Of a stretch of DNA of 64,000 nucleotides, positions 45,345 through 55,875 are shown piece by piece. The translations under genes were made by a program, and so were the position numbers. Position 1 is the stretch's first letter. Each line of letters begins with the position of its first letter. The notes under the pieces are model-generated. The model worked only from the letters and a program-made list of their open reading frames with translations. It searched no databases and had not been told where the DNA came from. Source of the DNA: Flavobacteriaceae bacterium (GTDB lineage: Bacteria > Bacteroidota > Bacteroidia > Flavobacteriales > Flavobacteriaceae). The DNA lies in the NCBI GenBank assembly GCA_965178655.1, contig OZ238266.1, positions 1,578,295 through 1,642,294 on the forward strand. Reading direction: 5' to 3'.

Positions 45345-46312
45345 TAATCTAAAGATTGATTTTCTTGTGCTGCCTTTTCAGACATTAAAATGTACTCTTC
45401 CGGAGTTAAATCGCCGTGATAAAAATTTATAGGATTTACTGCGCGTCCGTTTTTGTGTACTTCATAGTGTAAATGCGGTGCAGTAGATAATCCGGAACTT
45501 CCAACATAGCCAATAATATCACCACGTTTTACACGCCTGCCTCTACGAGTATTGTATTTACGCATGTGTGCATATTTGGTAACATAGCCAAAACCATGAT
45601 CAATATATACAACCCTTCCAAATCCTGCCGAGTAAGATGCTCTGGTAACTTTTCCATCTCCGGTAGCATATATTGGAGTACCTCTTGGAGCGGTAAAATC
45701 CATCCCATTATGTTTTTTTCGGTATTTTAAAATAGGGTGCATTCGCATACCATACCCTGAAGCCATTCGTGTTAAATCTTTATTTTGAATAGGTTGTATA
45801 GCAGGTATGGCTTTTAGTAAAGCTTCTTTGTTTGCTGCCAAAGCTTCTATTTCATCTAAAGAGCGAGATTGTACTTCAATTTCTTTAGTAAGTTTATCAA
45901 TCTTTTTAGTAGTACCAATTAGTATATCGGAGTATTTTGTACCCTCTAAGTATTGGTAACGGTTTATGCCTCCAAAACCAGCTTTTCGTTGTGCGGCAGA
46001 AATAGGGTTAGCTTCAAAATGAACGCGATAAATTTGCTCATCCCTGTCAGCAATGTTTTGCATAACTTGTTCTGCAAGTGCTATTCTTTTGTTTAGGTAA
46101 GTGTAGTTTAGTTGTAAGTTTTCGTTTTCACGTTGTAGCATCTTTTCTTTAGGGGAATCTATATAAGTTGCCGTAAGCAAATAGGTTAAGAAACCAAATA
46201 AAGCAGTAGTTGCTATAAAAACAATACCAAAGGCAAAAGCATGTCTTTTTTTACGAATAACCTTTTTGTAAGAAAGGGTTTCTGAATCATAATAATATTT
46301 TACTTTAGCCAT
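45344..46312 (-). CDS. M23-family (LytM) metallopeptidase, membrane anchored
   Basis: N-terminal TM helix, coiled coil, HNGMDFTAPRGTPIYATGDG and GSSGLSTAPHLHYEV motifs. Confidence 0.9.
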   Translation of the reverse strand: MAKVKYYYDSETLSYKKVIRKKRHAFAFGIVFIATTALFGFLTYLLTATYIDSPKEKMLQRENENLQLNYTYLNKRIALAEQVMQNIADRDEQIYRVHFEANPISAAQRKAGFGGINRYQYLEGTKYSDILIGTTKKIDKLTKEIEVQSRSLDEIEALAANKEALLKAIPAIQPIQNKDLTRMASGYGMRMHPILKYRKKHNGMDFTAPRGTPIYATGDGKVTRASYSAGFGRVVYIDHGFGYVTKYAHMRKYNTRRGRRVKRGDIIGYVGSSGLSTAPHLHYEVHKNGRAVNPINFYHGDLTPEEYILMSEKAAQENQSLD

Positions 46313-46419
46313 AAGTTAAAAAGTGCTATTTTTGTGCGTTTAAAGGAAAACGTTACGCAAATATAAAAATTGTTTTGCAATAAAAATAGTAGTGTAACAT
46401 AAGCTTAATATAATTACCG

Positions 46420-49032
46420 ATGAAATCTCAAGACATACGATCTACATTTTTAAATTTTTTTGAATCTAAAACGCACAAAATAGTACCCTCGGCACCAATG
46501 GTGCTACGTGATGATCCTACTTTAATGTTTGTTAATGCAGGAATGGTTCCGTTTAAAGAATTTTTCTTGGGGCAAAAAAAAGTGGTGAATAGTCGTGTTG
46601 CAGATTCTCAAAAATGTTTGCGCGTTTCAGGGAAGCACAATGATTTAGAAGAGGTGGGAAAAGATACTTACCACCATACCATGTTTGAAATGCTAGGAAA
46701 CTGGAGTTTTGGCGACTATTTTAAAGAAGAAGCTATAGCATGGGCTTGGGAGTTGCTTACTGAAGTGTATAAAATTGATAAAGATATTTTATATGTCACC
46801 ATTTTTGAAGGTGATGAAAAAGAAGGTCTGGCAAAAGATACTGAAGCATATAATATTTGGAAAAAATATATTGCAGAAGACCGCATTTTATTAGGTAATA
46901 AAAAAGATAATTTTTGGGAAATGGGTGCGCAAGGCCCTTGCGGACCATGTTCTGAAATTCACGTAGATATTCGTTCTGCTGAAGACAAAGAAAAAGTATC
47001 AGGGGCATCATTAGTAAATCTAGACCATCCGCATGTTGTTGAGGTGTGGAATTTGGTATTTATGCAATACAACCGTAAAGCAAACGGAAACTTAGAAAAT
47101 TTACCCGCAACACATATCGATACAGGAATGGGGTTTGAGCGTTTGTGTATGGTACTTCAAAACGTACAATCTAATTATGATACTGATGTGTTTACGCCTT
47201 TAATTCAGAAAATTGTAAATATCACAGGTGTTGCTTACGAAAAAGATGAAGAAACCGATATCGCTATTCGAGTTATAGCAGATCATGTGCGTGCGGTAGC
47301 CTTTGCTATTGCTGACGGACAATTGCCAAGTAATACGGGGGCAGGATACGTAATTCGTAGAATTTTACGCCGTGCCATACGATACGGATTTACCTTTTTA
47401 AATAAAAAAGAGGCTTTTATACACCAACTGGTAGAAACACTTTGTGCTGAAATGGGTAATGCATTCCCGGAGTTAAACACTCAAAAAACATTGATTTATA
47501 ATGTTATAAAAGAAGAGGAGCAATCATTCTTAAAAACCTTAGAACAAGGTTTATTATTGTTAGAAAATATAACTGCTAATACTGTAGACACGGTAATTTC
47601 AGGACGAAAAGTATTTGAATTAAAAGATACTTATGGGTTTCCGGAAGATTTAACAGCATTAATCTTATCAGAAAAAGGATTAGAATACGATAAAGAAGCT
47701 TATAAAACAGCACTAAAAGAACAACAAAATAGAGGAAGAGAAGCTACTGCAATTGAAACTGATGATTGGAAAATTCTTTCGGAATCTACAGACGAAGAGT
47801 TTGTAGGGTATGATACTTTAGAAACTAGCTCAAAAATTGTTAGATACAGAAAAGTAACCTCTAAAAAAGACGGAGAACAATATCAGATAGTATTAAATAC
47901 AACTCCATTTTATCCAGAAGGTGGCGGACAAGTAGGTGATAAAGGACAGATTTTAACTGCCGAAGGTGAAGTTATACCGGTACTTTCTACTAAAAAAGAG
48001 AACAATTTAATTGTCCATTTTACAAAAAAACTACCTGCCAATACAACAGCAGTACTTACAGCAAAAGTAAATGCAGAAAAGCGTCAGGCATCAGCAAGTA
48101 ACCACTCTGCTACGCATTTGTTGCATGAAGCGCTAAGAACTGTTTTAGGAACACATGTAGCACAAAAAGGATCTATGGTAAATGCTGATTATTTACGATT
48201 TGATTTTTCTCACTTTTCAAAAGTTACTCCAGAAGAGTTACAACAAGTTAGCGATATTGTAAACACAAAAATAAATGCTCAAATACCTTTAGTTGAACGT
48301 AGAAACATCCCTTTTCAGCAAGCAATAGATGAAGGTGCCATGGCATTGTTTGGTGAGAAATATGGCGATAATGTTCGCGCAATAAAATTTGAAAGCTCAA
48401 TGGAATTATGTGGGGGAACTCATGTAAAAAACACGAGCGATATTTGGCATTTTGTACTAAAATCAGAAGGAGCAGTTGCTTCGGGTGTTCGTCGTATAGA
48501 AGCCATAACAGGCGCTGTTGCAAAAGAATACTTTACAGAACAAGCGGCTAGTTTTTCAGCTGTAAAATTGGCGCTTAAAAACACCAAATCGCCATTAAAA
48601 GCAATTGTCACTTTACAAGATGAAAATACAATGCTTAAAAAGCAAGTGGAGCAGTTGTTAAAAGAGAAAGCAGGTGGTTTAAAAGATAGCTTAAAGCAAG
48701 AAATTACAACAGTTAATGGTGTAAACTTTTTAGCAAAACAAATTGATTTAGATGCTAAAGGAATTAAAGATTTAGCCCATGAATTAGGAGGTGAATTAGA
48801 TAACTTGTTTTTGTTTTTTGGAGCAGAAAATCAAGGAAAAGCAACATTAACATGCTATATTTCTAAAAAATTAGCCGCAGATAAAAACTTACATGCGGGT
48901 ACCATTGTTCGTGAATTAGGAAAGCACATTAATGGTGGCGGTGGCGGACAACCATTTTTTGCCACTGCAGGTGGTAAGAATCCAGCAGGTATAAATGCTG
49001 CTTTAGAAGCTGTAAAAAGTTATATTTCATAA
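46420..49032 (+). CDS. alaS: Alanyl-tRNA synthetase
   Basis: 870 aa. Class II core, editing-domain HSATHLLH, C-terminal GGGGGQ DHHA1 region. Confidence 0.97.
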   Translation: MKSQDIRSTFLNFFESKTHKIVPSAPMVLRDDPTLMFVNAGMVPFKEFFLGQKKVVNSRVADSQKCLRVSGKHNDLEEVGKDTYHHTMFEMLGNWSFGDYFKEEAIAWAWELLTEVYKIDKDILYVTIFEGDEKEGLAKDTEAYNIWKKYIAEDRILLGNKKDNFWEMGAQGPCGPCSEIHVDIRSAEDKEKVSGASLVNLDHPHVVEVWNLVFMQYNRKANGNLENLPATHIDTGMGFERLCMVLQNVQSNYDTDVFTPLIQKIVNITGVAYEKDEETDIAIRVIADHVRAVAFAIADGQLPSNTGAGYVIRRILRRAIRYGFTFLNKKEAFIHQLVETLCAEMGNAFPELNTQKTLIYNVIKEEEQSFLKTLEQGLLLLENITANTVDTVISGRKVFELKDTYGFPEDLTALILSEKGLEYDKEAYKTALKEQQNRGREATAIETDDWKILSESTDEEFVGYDTLETSSKIVRYRKVTSKKDGEQYQIVLNTTPFYPEGGGQVGDKGQILTAEGEVIPVLSTKKENNLIVHFTKKLPANTTAVLTAKVNAEKRQASASNHSATHLLHEALRTVLGTHVAQKGSMVNADYLRFDFSHFSKVTPEELQQVSDIVNTKINAQIPLVERRNIPFQQAIDEGAMALFGEKYGDNVRAIKFESSMELCGGTHVKNTSDIWHFVLKSEGAVASGVRRIEAITGAVAKEYFTEQAASFSAVKLALKNTKSPLKAIVTLQDENTMLKKQVEQLLKEKAGGLKDSLKQEITTVNGVNFLAKQIDLDAKGIKDLAHELGGELDNLFLFFGAENQGKATLTCYISKKLAADKNLHAGTIVRELGKHINGGGGGQPFFATAGGKNPAGINAALEAVKSYIS

Positions 49033-49041
49033 TCATAGGTT

Positions 49042-50007
49042 ATGGAGCATAACTTTAGAACGCAAATACCCATAGAAAAACTAACGACTGTGGAAGTAGA
49101 TAAAATAAGTTATGCGTCAAAAACACTGTTACTAGGGTCTTGTTTCTCGGAGAATATTGGTCAAAAATTTAAGTATCATAAATTTCAAGCAGTAGATAAT
49201 CCGCTTGGAATATTATTTCACCCTAAAGCAATTGAGGTTTTTTTAAAACGTGTTGTTTTACAACAATTATATACAGAAGCCGATTTAGGTTACCACAACG
49301 AACAGTATTATTGTTTTGAAACGCATTCTTCTTGTAGTAGTGCTGATAAAGCAGAAATGCTTCAGGCGTTAAATACGAAAATAGCCGAAACATATTTGTT
49401 TTTAAGTACAGCGTCTCACTTGTGTATTACTCTCGGAACCGCATGGGTATATACACATAAAGCAACAGAGAAAACAGTGGCAAATTGTCATAAAATCCCT
49501 CAAAAAGAATTTAAAAAACAGTTGTTATCGGTTTCCGAAATAACAGCAAGTATTCAGGCTATAGAAAAAGCGGTTAAAGATGTAAATCCGTCATGTAATT
49601 TTATATATACAGTATCTCCTGTACGTCATTTAAAAGATGGGTTTGTAGAAAACCAACAAAGTAAAGCGCATTTAATAGCCGCTGTGCATGAGGTGGTTTC
49701 TAAGCAAGAACAATCTTCATACTTCCCGTCTTATGAAATAATGATGGACGATCTTCGAGATTATCGTTTTTATAAAACCGATATGCTACACCCAAATCAA
49801 ATGGCAATAGACTATATATGGGATGTGTTTAAAAGTATTTGGGTACATGAAACCGCAACACCTACAATGGCGCGTGTTTCTGAAATTCAAAAAGGGCTAG
49901 CACATAAGCCATTTAATCCCAGTTCAGCACAGCATCAATTGTTTTTAAAAGCACTTGCTAAAAAACAAGACAGGTTAGTTGAGGTGTTTCCTTTTATGAG
50001 ATTTTAA
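49042..50007 (+). CDS. GSCFA-family protein
   Basis: LLLGSCFSENIG motif at the expected N-terminal position. 321 aa. Confidence 0.8.
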   Translation: MEHNFRTQIPIEKLTTVEVDKISYASKTLLLGSCFSENIGQKFKYHKFQAVDNPLGILFHPKAIEVFLKRVVLQQLYTEADLGYHNEQYYCFETHSSCSSADKAEMLQALNTKIAETYLFLSTASHLCITLGTAWVYTHKATEKTVANCHKIPQKEFKKQLLSVSEITASIQAIEKAVKDVNPSCNFIYTVSPVRHLKDGFVENQQSKAHLIAAVHEVVSKQEQSSYFPSYEIMMDDLRDYRFYKTDMLHPNQMAIDYIWDVFKSIWVHETATPTMARVSEIQKGLAHKPFNPSSAQHQLFLKALAKKQDRLVEVFPFMRF

Positions 50008-50153
50008 AATTAGTAATATCTGACTGAAATTATAGAATACTTTAAATACGCAGTTTAAACGTTTTTTTAATAGGGTATTTTGTTTTTATGCAGCAATGTA
50101 CAATTGTTTTAAAACAACAGGTTTACTTCTAGATATACCGTTTATTTACAGCA

Positions 50154-50196
50154 AAGTCTTTGTTCTAATTTCTAACAGCGTAGCGGTCTAACATCT
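50154..50196. repeat. 43-nt intergenic repeat, copy 1
   Basis: AAGTCTTTGTTCTAATTTCTAACAGCGTAGCGGTCTAACATCT. 35/43 ungapped identity to 51279..51321. Confidence 0.6.
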
Positions 50197-50264
50197 TTTA
50201 TTGGGCAACAATGGTTTAAAAAGTCTGTCTATATAGCTGTTAACGATAATGTTTGTATAAAATT

Positions 50265-50279
50265 CGTTACATTGTAACG
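50265..50279. promoter_or_regulatory. Palindrome CGTTACAtTGTAACG, candidate autoregulatory operator
   Basis: Perfect 7-1-7 palindrome 22 nt upstream of the TetR ATG at 50301. Confidence 0.4.
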
Positions 50280-50300
50280 CTTAATAACGCAAAACCAGCA

Positions 50301-50870
50301 ATGAAAAAAGAAACCCGAAAGCAAGAAATCATAAAAGCTGCCGCACTATTGTTTAAAGAAAAAGGATATAGCGCTGTAACCATGCGCGATATAGCACAGC
50401 ATTTAGGGATTAAAGCAGCAAGTTTATACAATCATATTAAGGCCAAACAAGAGATACTAACTAGTATAATAGTATCATTAGCCGAAGAGTTTACTGCAGA
50501 AATGGATCAGATTATTGCTGCAGATGCTACAAATACCGAAAAACTAGAATTAATTATAGCGCTTCATGTAGCCATCACTACAAATAACCCTAATGGTATG
50601 GCAACATTGAATGCAGATTGGATGCATTTAGAAGAAAAAATGGAACATTATTTAACCCTGAGAACCAATTATGAGCAAAATTTTAAAAGCGTAATAACGG
50701 CAGGAATTAAAAATAATGAAATTAAAGCAGTTGACAGCAAAATAGTAACCCTATCAATTTTAGCAACACTACGCTCATTATATTTATGGCTTCCAGAAAG
50801 CGAACATAAAAATCAAGATACATTAACGGCAAGCTTAAGCGAAGTATTGCTAAAAGGCGTATGTTACTAA
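50301..50870 (+). CDS. TetR-family regulator (candidate PaaR-like regulator of the paa cluster)
   Basis: KAAALLFKEKGYSAVTMRDIAQHLGIKAASLYNHI HTH. ATG at 50301 preferred to the alternative start at 50253. Confidence 0.8.
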   Translation: MKKETRKQEIIKAAALLFKEKGYSAVTMRDIAQHLGIKAASLYNHIKAKQEILTSIIVSLAEEFTAEMDQIIAADATNTEKLELIIALHVAITTNNPNGMATLNADWMHLEEKMEHYLTLRTNYEQNFKSVITAGIKNNEIKAVDSKIVTLSILATLRSLYLWLPESEHKNQDTLTASLSEVLLKGVCY

Positions 50871-50916
50871 AGAGGTTTAGTTTTAAAATGAAAAGTATAA
50901 TCAAAATAATAGTTGC

Positions 50917-51240
50917 ATGATAGCAAAGACACCAAAACCACCATATTATGCTGTAATTTTTAGTTCGATACAAGTAAAAGACAGTAAGGAATATTCTAAA
51001 ATGGCGGATAAAATGATTGTCTTGGCAAAGCAACAAGATGGCTTTATTGGTGTTGAAAGCGCAAAAAACGATATAGGAATAACAGTTTCATATTGGCGAG
51101 ATTTAGAGTCAATAAAAAAATGGAAAGAAAATACCGAACATTCCGTAGCAAGAGAAAAAGGAAGAAATGAATGGTATAGTTCTTTTAAAACACGTATATC
51201 AAAAGTGGAACGCGATTATGAATTTGACAGAGAACAGTAG
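50917..51240 (+). CDS. Antibiotic-biosynthesis-monooxygenase (ABM/Dabb-fold) family protein
   Basis: 107 aa. PPYYAVIFSS...GFIGVES......VSYWRDLESIKKWKEN..H pattern typical of ABM domains. Confidence 0.7.
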   Translation: MIAKTPKPPYYAVIFSSIQVKDSKEYSKMADKMIVLAKQQDGFIGVESAKNDIGITVSYWRDLESIKKWKENTEHSVAREKGRNEWYSSFKTRISKVERDYEFDREQ

Positions 51241-51278
51241 GTGAGTAAAATTTAGATGTAAGTCAGATAGTTAAGATC

Positions 51279-51321
51279 AAGTCTTTATTCTCAGTTCTAA
51301 TAGCAAAGCGGTCTTAAATCT
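51279..51321. repeat. 43-nt intergenic repeat, copy 2
   Basis: AAGTCTTTATTCTCAGTTCTAATAGCAAAGCGGTCTTAAATCT. See copy 1. Confidence 0.6.
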
Positions 51322-51367
51322 AAAATTTAAGAGACACATGTACAATTAAAATAAAACTTGCAAAATC

Positions 51368-51385
51368 AACTAACAAACGTTAGTT
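51368..51385. promoter_or_regulatory. Palindrome AACTAAC-aaac-GTTAGTT upstream of paaE, candidate repressor operator
   Basis: Perfect 7-bp arms, 62 nt upstream of the paaE ATG. Confidence 0.4.
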
Positions 51386-51446
51386 TTGAGGCATAGAAAT
51401 GAAAACAATAATAAGTGATAACCACTTTTAAAAACACTATAAAATA

Positions 51447-52523
51447 ATGGCTAATTTTTATAAATTACGTGTTAAAGCACTACATAAAGAAACAAAAGAT
51501 ACGGTTGTTGTAAGTTTTGATGTTCCTAAAGTAGCGCAACAACAATTTCAATATAAACAAGGACAATATCTAACACTTAAAGCGGTAATAAACGGCGAAG
51601 AGGTTCGTAGGTCATATTCACTATGCTCTAGTCCAGTTGAAAACAAATGGCAGGTTGCCATTAAAAAAATTGAAAACGGATTGTTTTCAACATACGCAAA
51701 TGAAGTGCTTAAAGAAGGAGATGTTTTAGAGGTTTTACCGCCAGACGGAAAATTCTATGTTGATGTTGCTCCAGAAACTCCAAAAAACTATGTGCTTTTT
51801 GCTGCAGGTAGTGGTATTACACCAATACTGTCAATCATAAAAACACATTTAGCCTTAGAGCCAAATGCAACAATACAGTTGTTTTACTTAAATAAATCTG
51901 TAAAAACCATTATATTTAAAGAGGAAATAGAGGCACTTAAAAATAAATATCTAGAACGCCTAGAAGTGTTTTATTTCTTAACAAAAGAAAATAGAGGAAT
52001 ACCATTATTAAACGGAAGGTTTACATCCGAAAAATTACAACAACTAACCACAGAAATAATAAATGTTCCTATGGTTGGTGATGCGTTTATTTGTGGGCCA
52101 GAAGACATGATATTCCTGATAAAAGATAGTCTTGAAGCAACAGGGCTAGATGCTAAAAAAATTCATTTCGAATTATTTAATGCAGGAAATACAGCTGCTA
52201 ATAAAAAACACATTGCTGAGGTTTTAGAGCACCAAGCCAATCATACCGAAGTTACTATTATTGATGGCGATAAAGAGTTTCATTTTGAAATGGATGTAGC
52301 AGATCACGATAATATACTAGATGCTGCTTTAGCCAATGATGCCGACTTGCCGTTTGCCTGTAAAGGTGGTGTTTGCTGTACATGTAGAGCAAAAGTTATA
52401 GAAGGTAATGTAGAGATGAAATTAAATTACGGTTTAGAACCAGATGAGGTAGCAGCAGGGTATGTGCTAACATGCCAAGCAGTACCTACAACAAATAAAG
52501 TAGTAGTAGATTTTGACGCTTAA
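51447..52523 (+). CDS. paaE: Phenylacetyl-CoA epoxidase reductase subunit (FNR-like domain plus 2Fe-2S ferredoxin)
   Basis: RSYS FAD motif, GSGITP NAD(P) motif, C-terminal CKGGVCCTC...C cluster. Confidence 0.9.
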   Translation: MANFYKLRVKALHKETKDTVVVSFDVPKVAQQQFQYKQGQYLTLKAVINGEEVRRSYSLCSSPVENKWQVAIKKIENGLFSTYANEVLKEGDVLEVLPPDGKFYVDVAPETPKNYVLFAAGSGITPILSIIKTHLALEPNATIQLFYLNKSVKTIIFKEEIEALKNKYLERLEVFYFLTKENRGIPLLNGRFTSEKLQQLTTEIINVPMVGDAFICGPEDMIFLIKDSLEATGLDAKKIHFELFNAGNTAANKKHIAEVLEHQANHTEVTIIDGDKEFHFEMDVADHDNILDAALANDADLPFACKGGVCCTCRAKVIEGNVEMKLNYGLEPDEVAAGYVLTCQAVPTTNKVVVDFDA

Positions 52524-52536
52524 AAATAGTAATTAT

Positions 52537-53478
52537 ATGGACGCCGCAACACAAGAAAAATTAGAAATCGCATTTGAGAAAAAAATTGCCGATGATGTAC
52601 GCATTGAACCTAAAGATTGGATGCCAGAGAAATATAGAAAAACTCAAATTCGTCAAATCTCACAACATGCACATTCCGAAATTATAGGAATGTTACCTGA
52701 AGGAAATTGGATTACCAGAGCACCTTCATTAAGACGTAAAGTAGCCTTGCTAGCAAAAATTCAAGATGAAGCTGGACACGGATTGTACTTATACAGTGCA
52801 GCAGAAACCCTAGGGGTATCTCGCGAAGAATTGTATGAGCAATTGCATACCGGAAAAGCAAAATACTCAAGTATTTTTAACTACCCTACCATTACTTGGG
52901 CAGATATGGGCGCAATTGGTTGGTTAGTAGATGGCGCAGCAATAATCAATCAAATTCCTCTAATGAACACCTCTTACGGACCTTATGCAAGAGCAATGGT
53001 ACGTGTGTGTAAGGAAGAAAGTTTTCATCAGCGTCAAGGTTTTGAAATCATGATTAAACTTACAGAAGGAACACCAGAACAAAAGGCAATGGCACAAGAC
53101 GCCTTAAACAGATGGTGGTGGCCAGCCTTAATGATGTTAGGTCCTACAGATGCGGAATCTGTACACACAGAACAATCACTGCGTTGGAAATTAAAAAGAA
53201 AAACTAACGATGAACTTCGTCAGCAATTTATAGATCAAACAGTACCACAAGCCGAGCTGATAGGTTTAACCATTCCCGATCCAGATTTAAAATGGAATGA
53301 AGACCGAAAAAGCTATGATTTTGGAGCAATTGATTGGGATGAATTCTGGCAAGTAGTAAAAGGACACGGCCCTTGTAATAAAGAGCGTTTAAGCGCTCGT
53401 ATAAACGCATGGGAAGAAGGAACATGGGTTCGTGATGCTGCTATGGCATATGCGGAAAAACAAACAAATAACAAATAA
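52537..53478 (+). CDS. paaA: Phenylacetyl-CoA 1,2-epoxidase catalytic subunit
   Basis: Di-iron ferritin-like motifs (QDEAGH, EESFHQ). ATG at 52537 (MDAATQEK) preferred. Confidence 0.9.
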   Translation: MDAATQEKLEIAFEKKIADDVRIEPKDWMPEKYRKTQIRQISQHAHSEIIGMLPEGNWITRAPSLRRKVALLAKIQDEAGHGLYLYSAAETLGVSREELYEQLHTGKAKYSSIFNYPTITWADMGAIGWLVDGAAIINQIPLMNTSYGPYARAMVRVCKEESFHQRQGFEIMIKLTEGTPEQKAMAQDALNRWWWPALMMLGPTDAESVHTEQSLRWKLKRKTNDELRQQFIDQTVPQAELIGLTIPDPDLKWNEDRKSYDFGAIDWDEFWQVVKGHGPCNKERLSARINAWEEGTWVRDAAMAYAEKQTNNK

Positions 53479-53515
53479 AAATAAACTCCAGTAGGAAAAC
53501 TAAAATATAGAAATT

Positions 53516-53800
53516 ATGAAAAATAATTGGCCTCTTTGGGAAGTATTTATACGAAGTAAAAACGGATTAGAACACAAACACTGTGGTAGCTTACGTGCTT
53601 CAGATGCCGAAATGGCACTTGAAAACGCACGTGATGTATATACACGTAGGTTAGAAGGTGTTAGTATTTGGGTAGTAGCATCAAAAGATATTACAGCATC
53701 AAACCCGGAAAAGAACGGAGAGCTTTTTGAACCAGCACAAGATAAAGCATACCGCCATCCAACATTCTATAATTTACCAGACGAATTAAAACACATGTAA
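53516..53800 (+). CDS. paaB: Phenylacetyl-CoA epoxidase subunit PaaB
   Basis: 94 aa, WPLWEVFIRSKNGLEHKHCGSL signature. The stop overlaps the paaC start. Confidence 0.9.
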   Translation: MKNNWPLWEVFIRSKNGLEHKHCGSLRASDAEMALENARDVYTRRLEGVSIWVVASKDITASNPEKNGELFEPAQDKAYRHPTFYNLPDELKHM

Positions 53801-54555
53801 TGCAAAACGAAAATTTATATAAATATATTTTAGGAGTTGCAGATAATTCCTTGATCTTAGCACAGCGTATAGGGGAACTATGCGGTCATGGCCCAAGCCT
53901 TGAAACCGATATTGCCTGTACCAATGTGTCGTTAGATTTATTCGGACAAGTACGCAGTTACTATCAATACGCAGCAACATTAGTAGGAGAGGATACCACA
54001 GAAGATGATATTGCTTTTTTACGTCGTGAGCAAGAGTATAGAAATGTATTATTAGTAGAGCAACCAAATACAAATTTTGCCTATACAATTGTACGTCACT
54101 TTTTATTTGATGTATACCATTTATTATTTTTAGAGCAGCTACAAAGTAGTACCGATGATACCCTTTCAGCAATTGCTAAAAAATCAATAAAAGAGGTCAG
54201 CTATCACGAACGATTCTCTTCCGATTGGATAAAACGTTTGGGAGATGGAACATCAGAAAGTCGTCAAAAAACACAAGATGCTATTGATGGGTTATGGACG
54301 TATACCGACGAACTGTTTCATCAAACCGAAGCTGATAAGTTAATGGTTACTGAAGGTGTTGGGGTAGATGTTACCGTTTTAAAAACAGCCTACTATAAAA
54401 AAGTAGACAGTATTTTAACGGCCGCTACAATAAAAACACCAGAATTAAAATGGTTTCAAAAAGGAGGGAAACAAGGCGTACATACCGAACATTTAGGATA
54501 TCTATTAGCAGACATGCAATATATGCAACGTAGTTTCCCTAATATGGAATGGTAA
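53800..54555 (+). CDS. paaC: Phenylacetyl-CoA epoxidase structural subunit PaaC
   Basis: 251 aa ferritin-like protein following paaB (ATGTAATG coupling). Confidence 0.85.
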   Translation: MQNENLYKYILGVADNSLILAQRIGELCGHGPSLETDIACTNVSLDLFGQVRSYYQYAATLVGEDTTEDDIAFLRREQEYRNVLLVEQPNTNFAYTIVRHFLFDVYHLLFLEQLQSSTDDTLSAIAKKSIKEVSYHERFSSDWIKRLGDGTSESRQKTQDAIDGLWTYTDELFHQTEADKLMVTEGVGVDVTVLKTAYYKKVDSILTAATIKTPELKWFQKGGKQGVHTEHLGYLLADMQYMQRSFPNMEW

Positions 54556-54570
54556 ACAAGTAGTTGTAAA

Positions 54571-55065
54571 ATGGATAAACCAATAATCGACATAGCATTA
54601 CGGCCTATATTAGCACAGGTTTCTGATCCGGAAATACCAGTGCTATCCATTTTAGAAATGGGTGTTGTTAGAAAAGCACAATTGGTAAATGATATTGTTG
54701 AAGTAGTCATTACACCAACATATTCAGGTTGTCCGGCAATGGATGTTATTGGAGATGACATTAAAAAAGCCTTAAAAACACATGGCTTTGCAAGTAAGGT
54801 TAAGTTGGTATTATCACCTGCATGGACCACCGATTGGATTACAGAAAAAGGCAGAAATGCACTACTAGCCTATGGAATTGCACCACCACTAGATGCTGTT
54901 TCTGACAAGGAGGTATTATTAAAAGATAAAAAATTAGTAGCCTGTCCACAATGTGGATCAACTACTACAAAAATGATAAGTCAGTTTGGCTCAACAGCAT
55001 GTAAAGCATTTTTTCAATGCGAAAGCTGTCTAGAACCGTTCGATTACTTTAAATGTTTAAAATAA
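54571..55065 (+). CDS. paaD: Phenylacetate degradation protein PaaD (DUF59 plus C-terminal Cys cluster)
   Basis: DPEIPVLSILEMGVV DUF59 motif and CPQCGS...CESC tail. Confidence 0.85.
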   Translation: MDKPIIDIALRPILAQVSDPEIPVLSILEMGVVRKAQLVNDIVEVVITPTYSGCPAMDVIGDDIKKALKTHGFASKVKLVLSPAWTTDWITEKGRNALLAYGIAPPLDAVSDKEVLLKDKKLVACPQCGSTTTKMISQFGSTACKAFFQCESCLEPFDYFKCLK

Positions 55066-55844
55066 TGAGTTCAATTAATTTAAAAATAGAGAATAATGTA
55101 GCGTATTTAACGCTCAATCGTCCAGAGGTATTTAATAGCTTTAACAGAGAAATGGCACTTTCTTTTCAAGAAAAATTAGACCATTGTAAAGACAACGCTG
55201 ATGTACGCGCAATTGTAATAATAGGAGAAGGAAAGGCATTCTGTGCTGGGCAAGATATTGCCGAGATTACAAATCCAGAATTAAACCCAGGATTTAAAGC
55301 AATTCTTGATGAGCACTATAATCCAATTATAACACGAATTAGAGCAATTGAAAAGCCAATTATTGCCGCAGTAAATGGTGTTGCTGCTGGAGCCGGAGCA
55401 AATATAGCACTGGCCTGTGACATTGTTATAGCACATGAAAAAGCAAGCTTTATACAAGCTTTTAGTAAAATAGGATTGATACCAGATAGTGCAGGAACGT
55501 TCTTTTTACCACGTTTAATAGGCTTTCAAAAGGCATCAGCATTAATGCTGTTAGGAGATAAAGTAGGTGCTGTTGAAGCAGAACGCATAGGAATGATATA
55601 TAAGTATGTTGCTGCAGAAACTTTTTTAGAAGAAGTAGAAAAAACAGCAGTAAAACTTGCTAAGATGCCAACAAAAGCATTAGGATTAACAAAAAGAGTG
55701 CTAAACCAATCACTTTCTAATACGGTTGAAGAACAATTAGTATTAGAGTCTAAATATCAAATAGAATCTGCACAAACTGCAGATTATACCGAAGGTGTCA
55801 ACGCTTTTGTAGAAAAAAGAAAACCAAATTTTATTGGTAAATAA
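55065..55844 (+). CDS. paaG: 1,2-epoxyphenylacetyl-CoA isomerase (crotonase family)
   Basis: LTLNRPEVFNSF, FCAGQDI, AAVNGVAAGAGANIALACDIV and the C-terminal YTEGVNAFVEKRKPNFIGK closely parallel E. coli PaaG as I recall it. The ATG overlaps the paaD stop (TAATG). Confidence 0.85.
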   Translation: MSSINLKIENNVAYLTLNRPEVFNSFNREMALSFQEKLDHCKDNADVRAIVIIGEGKAFCAGQDIAEITNPELNPGFKAILDEHYNPIITRIRAIEKPIIAAVNGVAAGAGANIALACDIVIAHEKASFIQAFSKIGLIPDSAGTFFLPRLIGFQKASALMLLGDKVGAVEAERIGMIYKYVAAETFLEEVEKTAVKLAKMPTKALGLTKRVLNQSLSNTVEEQLVLESKYQIESAQTADYTEGVNAFVEKRKPNFIGK

Positions 55845-55875
55845 ATAAAAACTACAGTATTCAAAATTTAATAAT

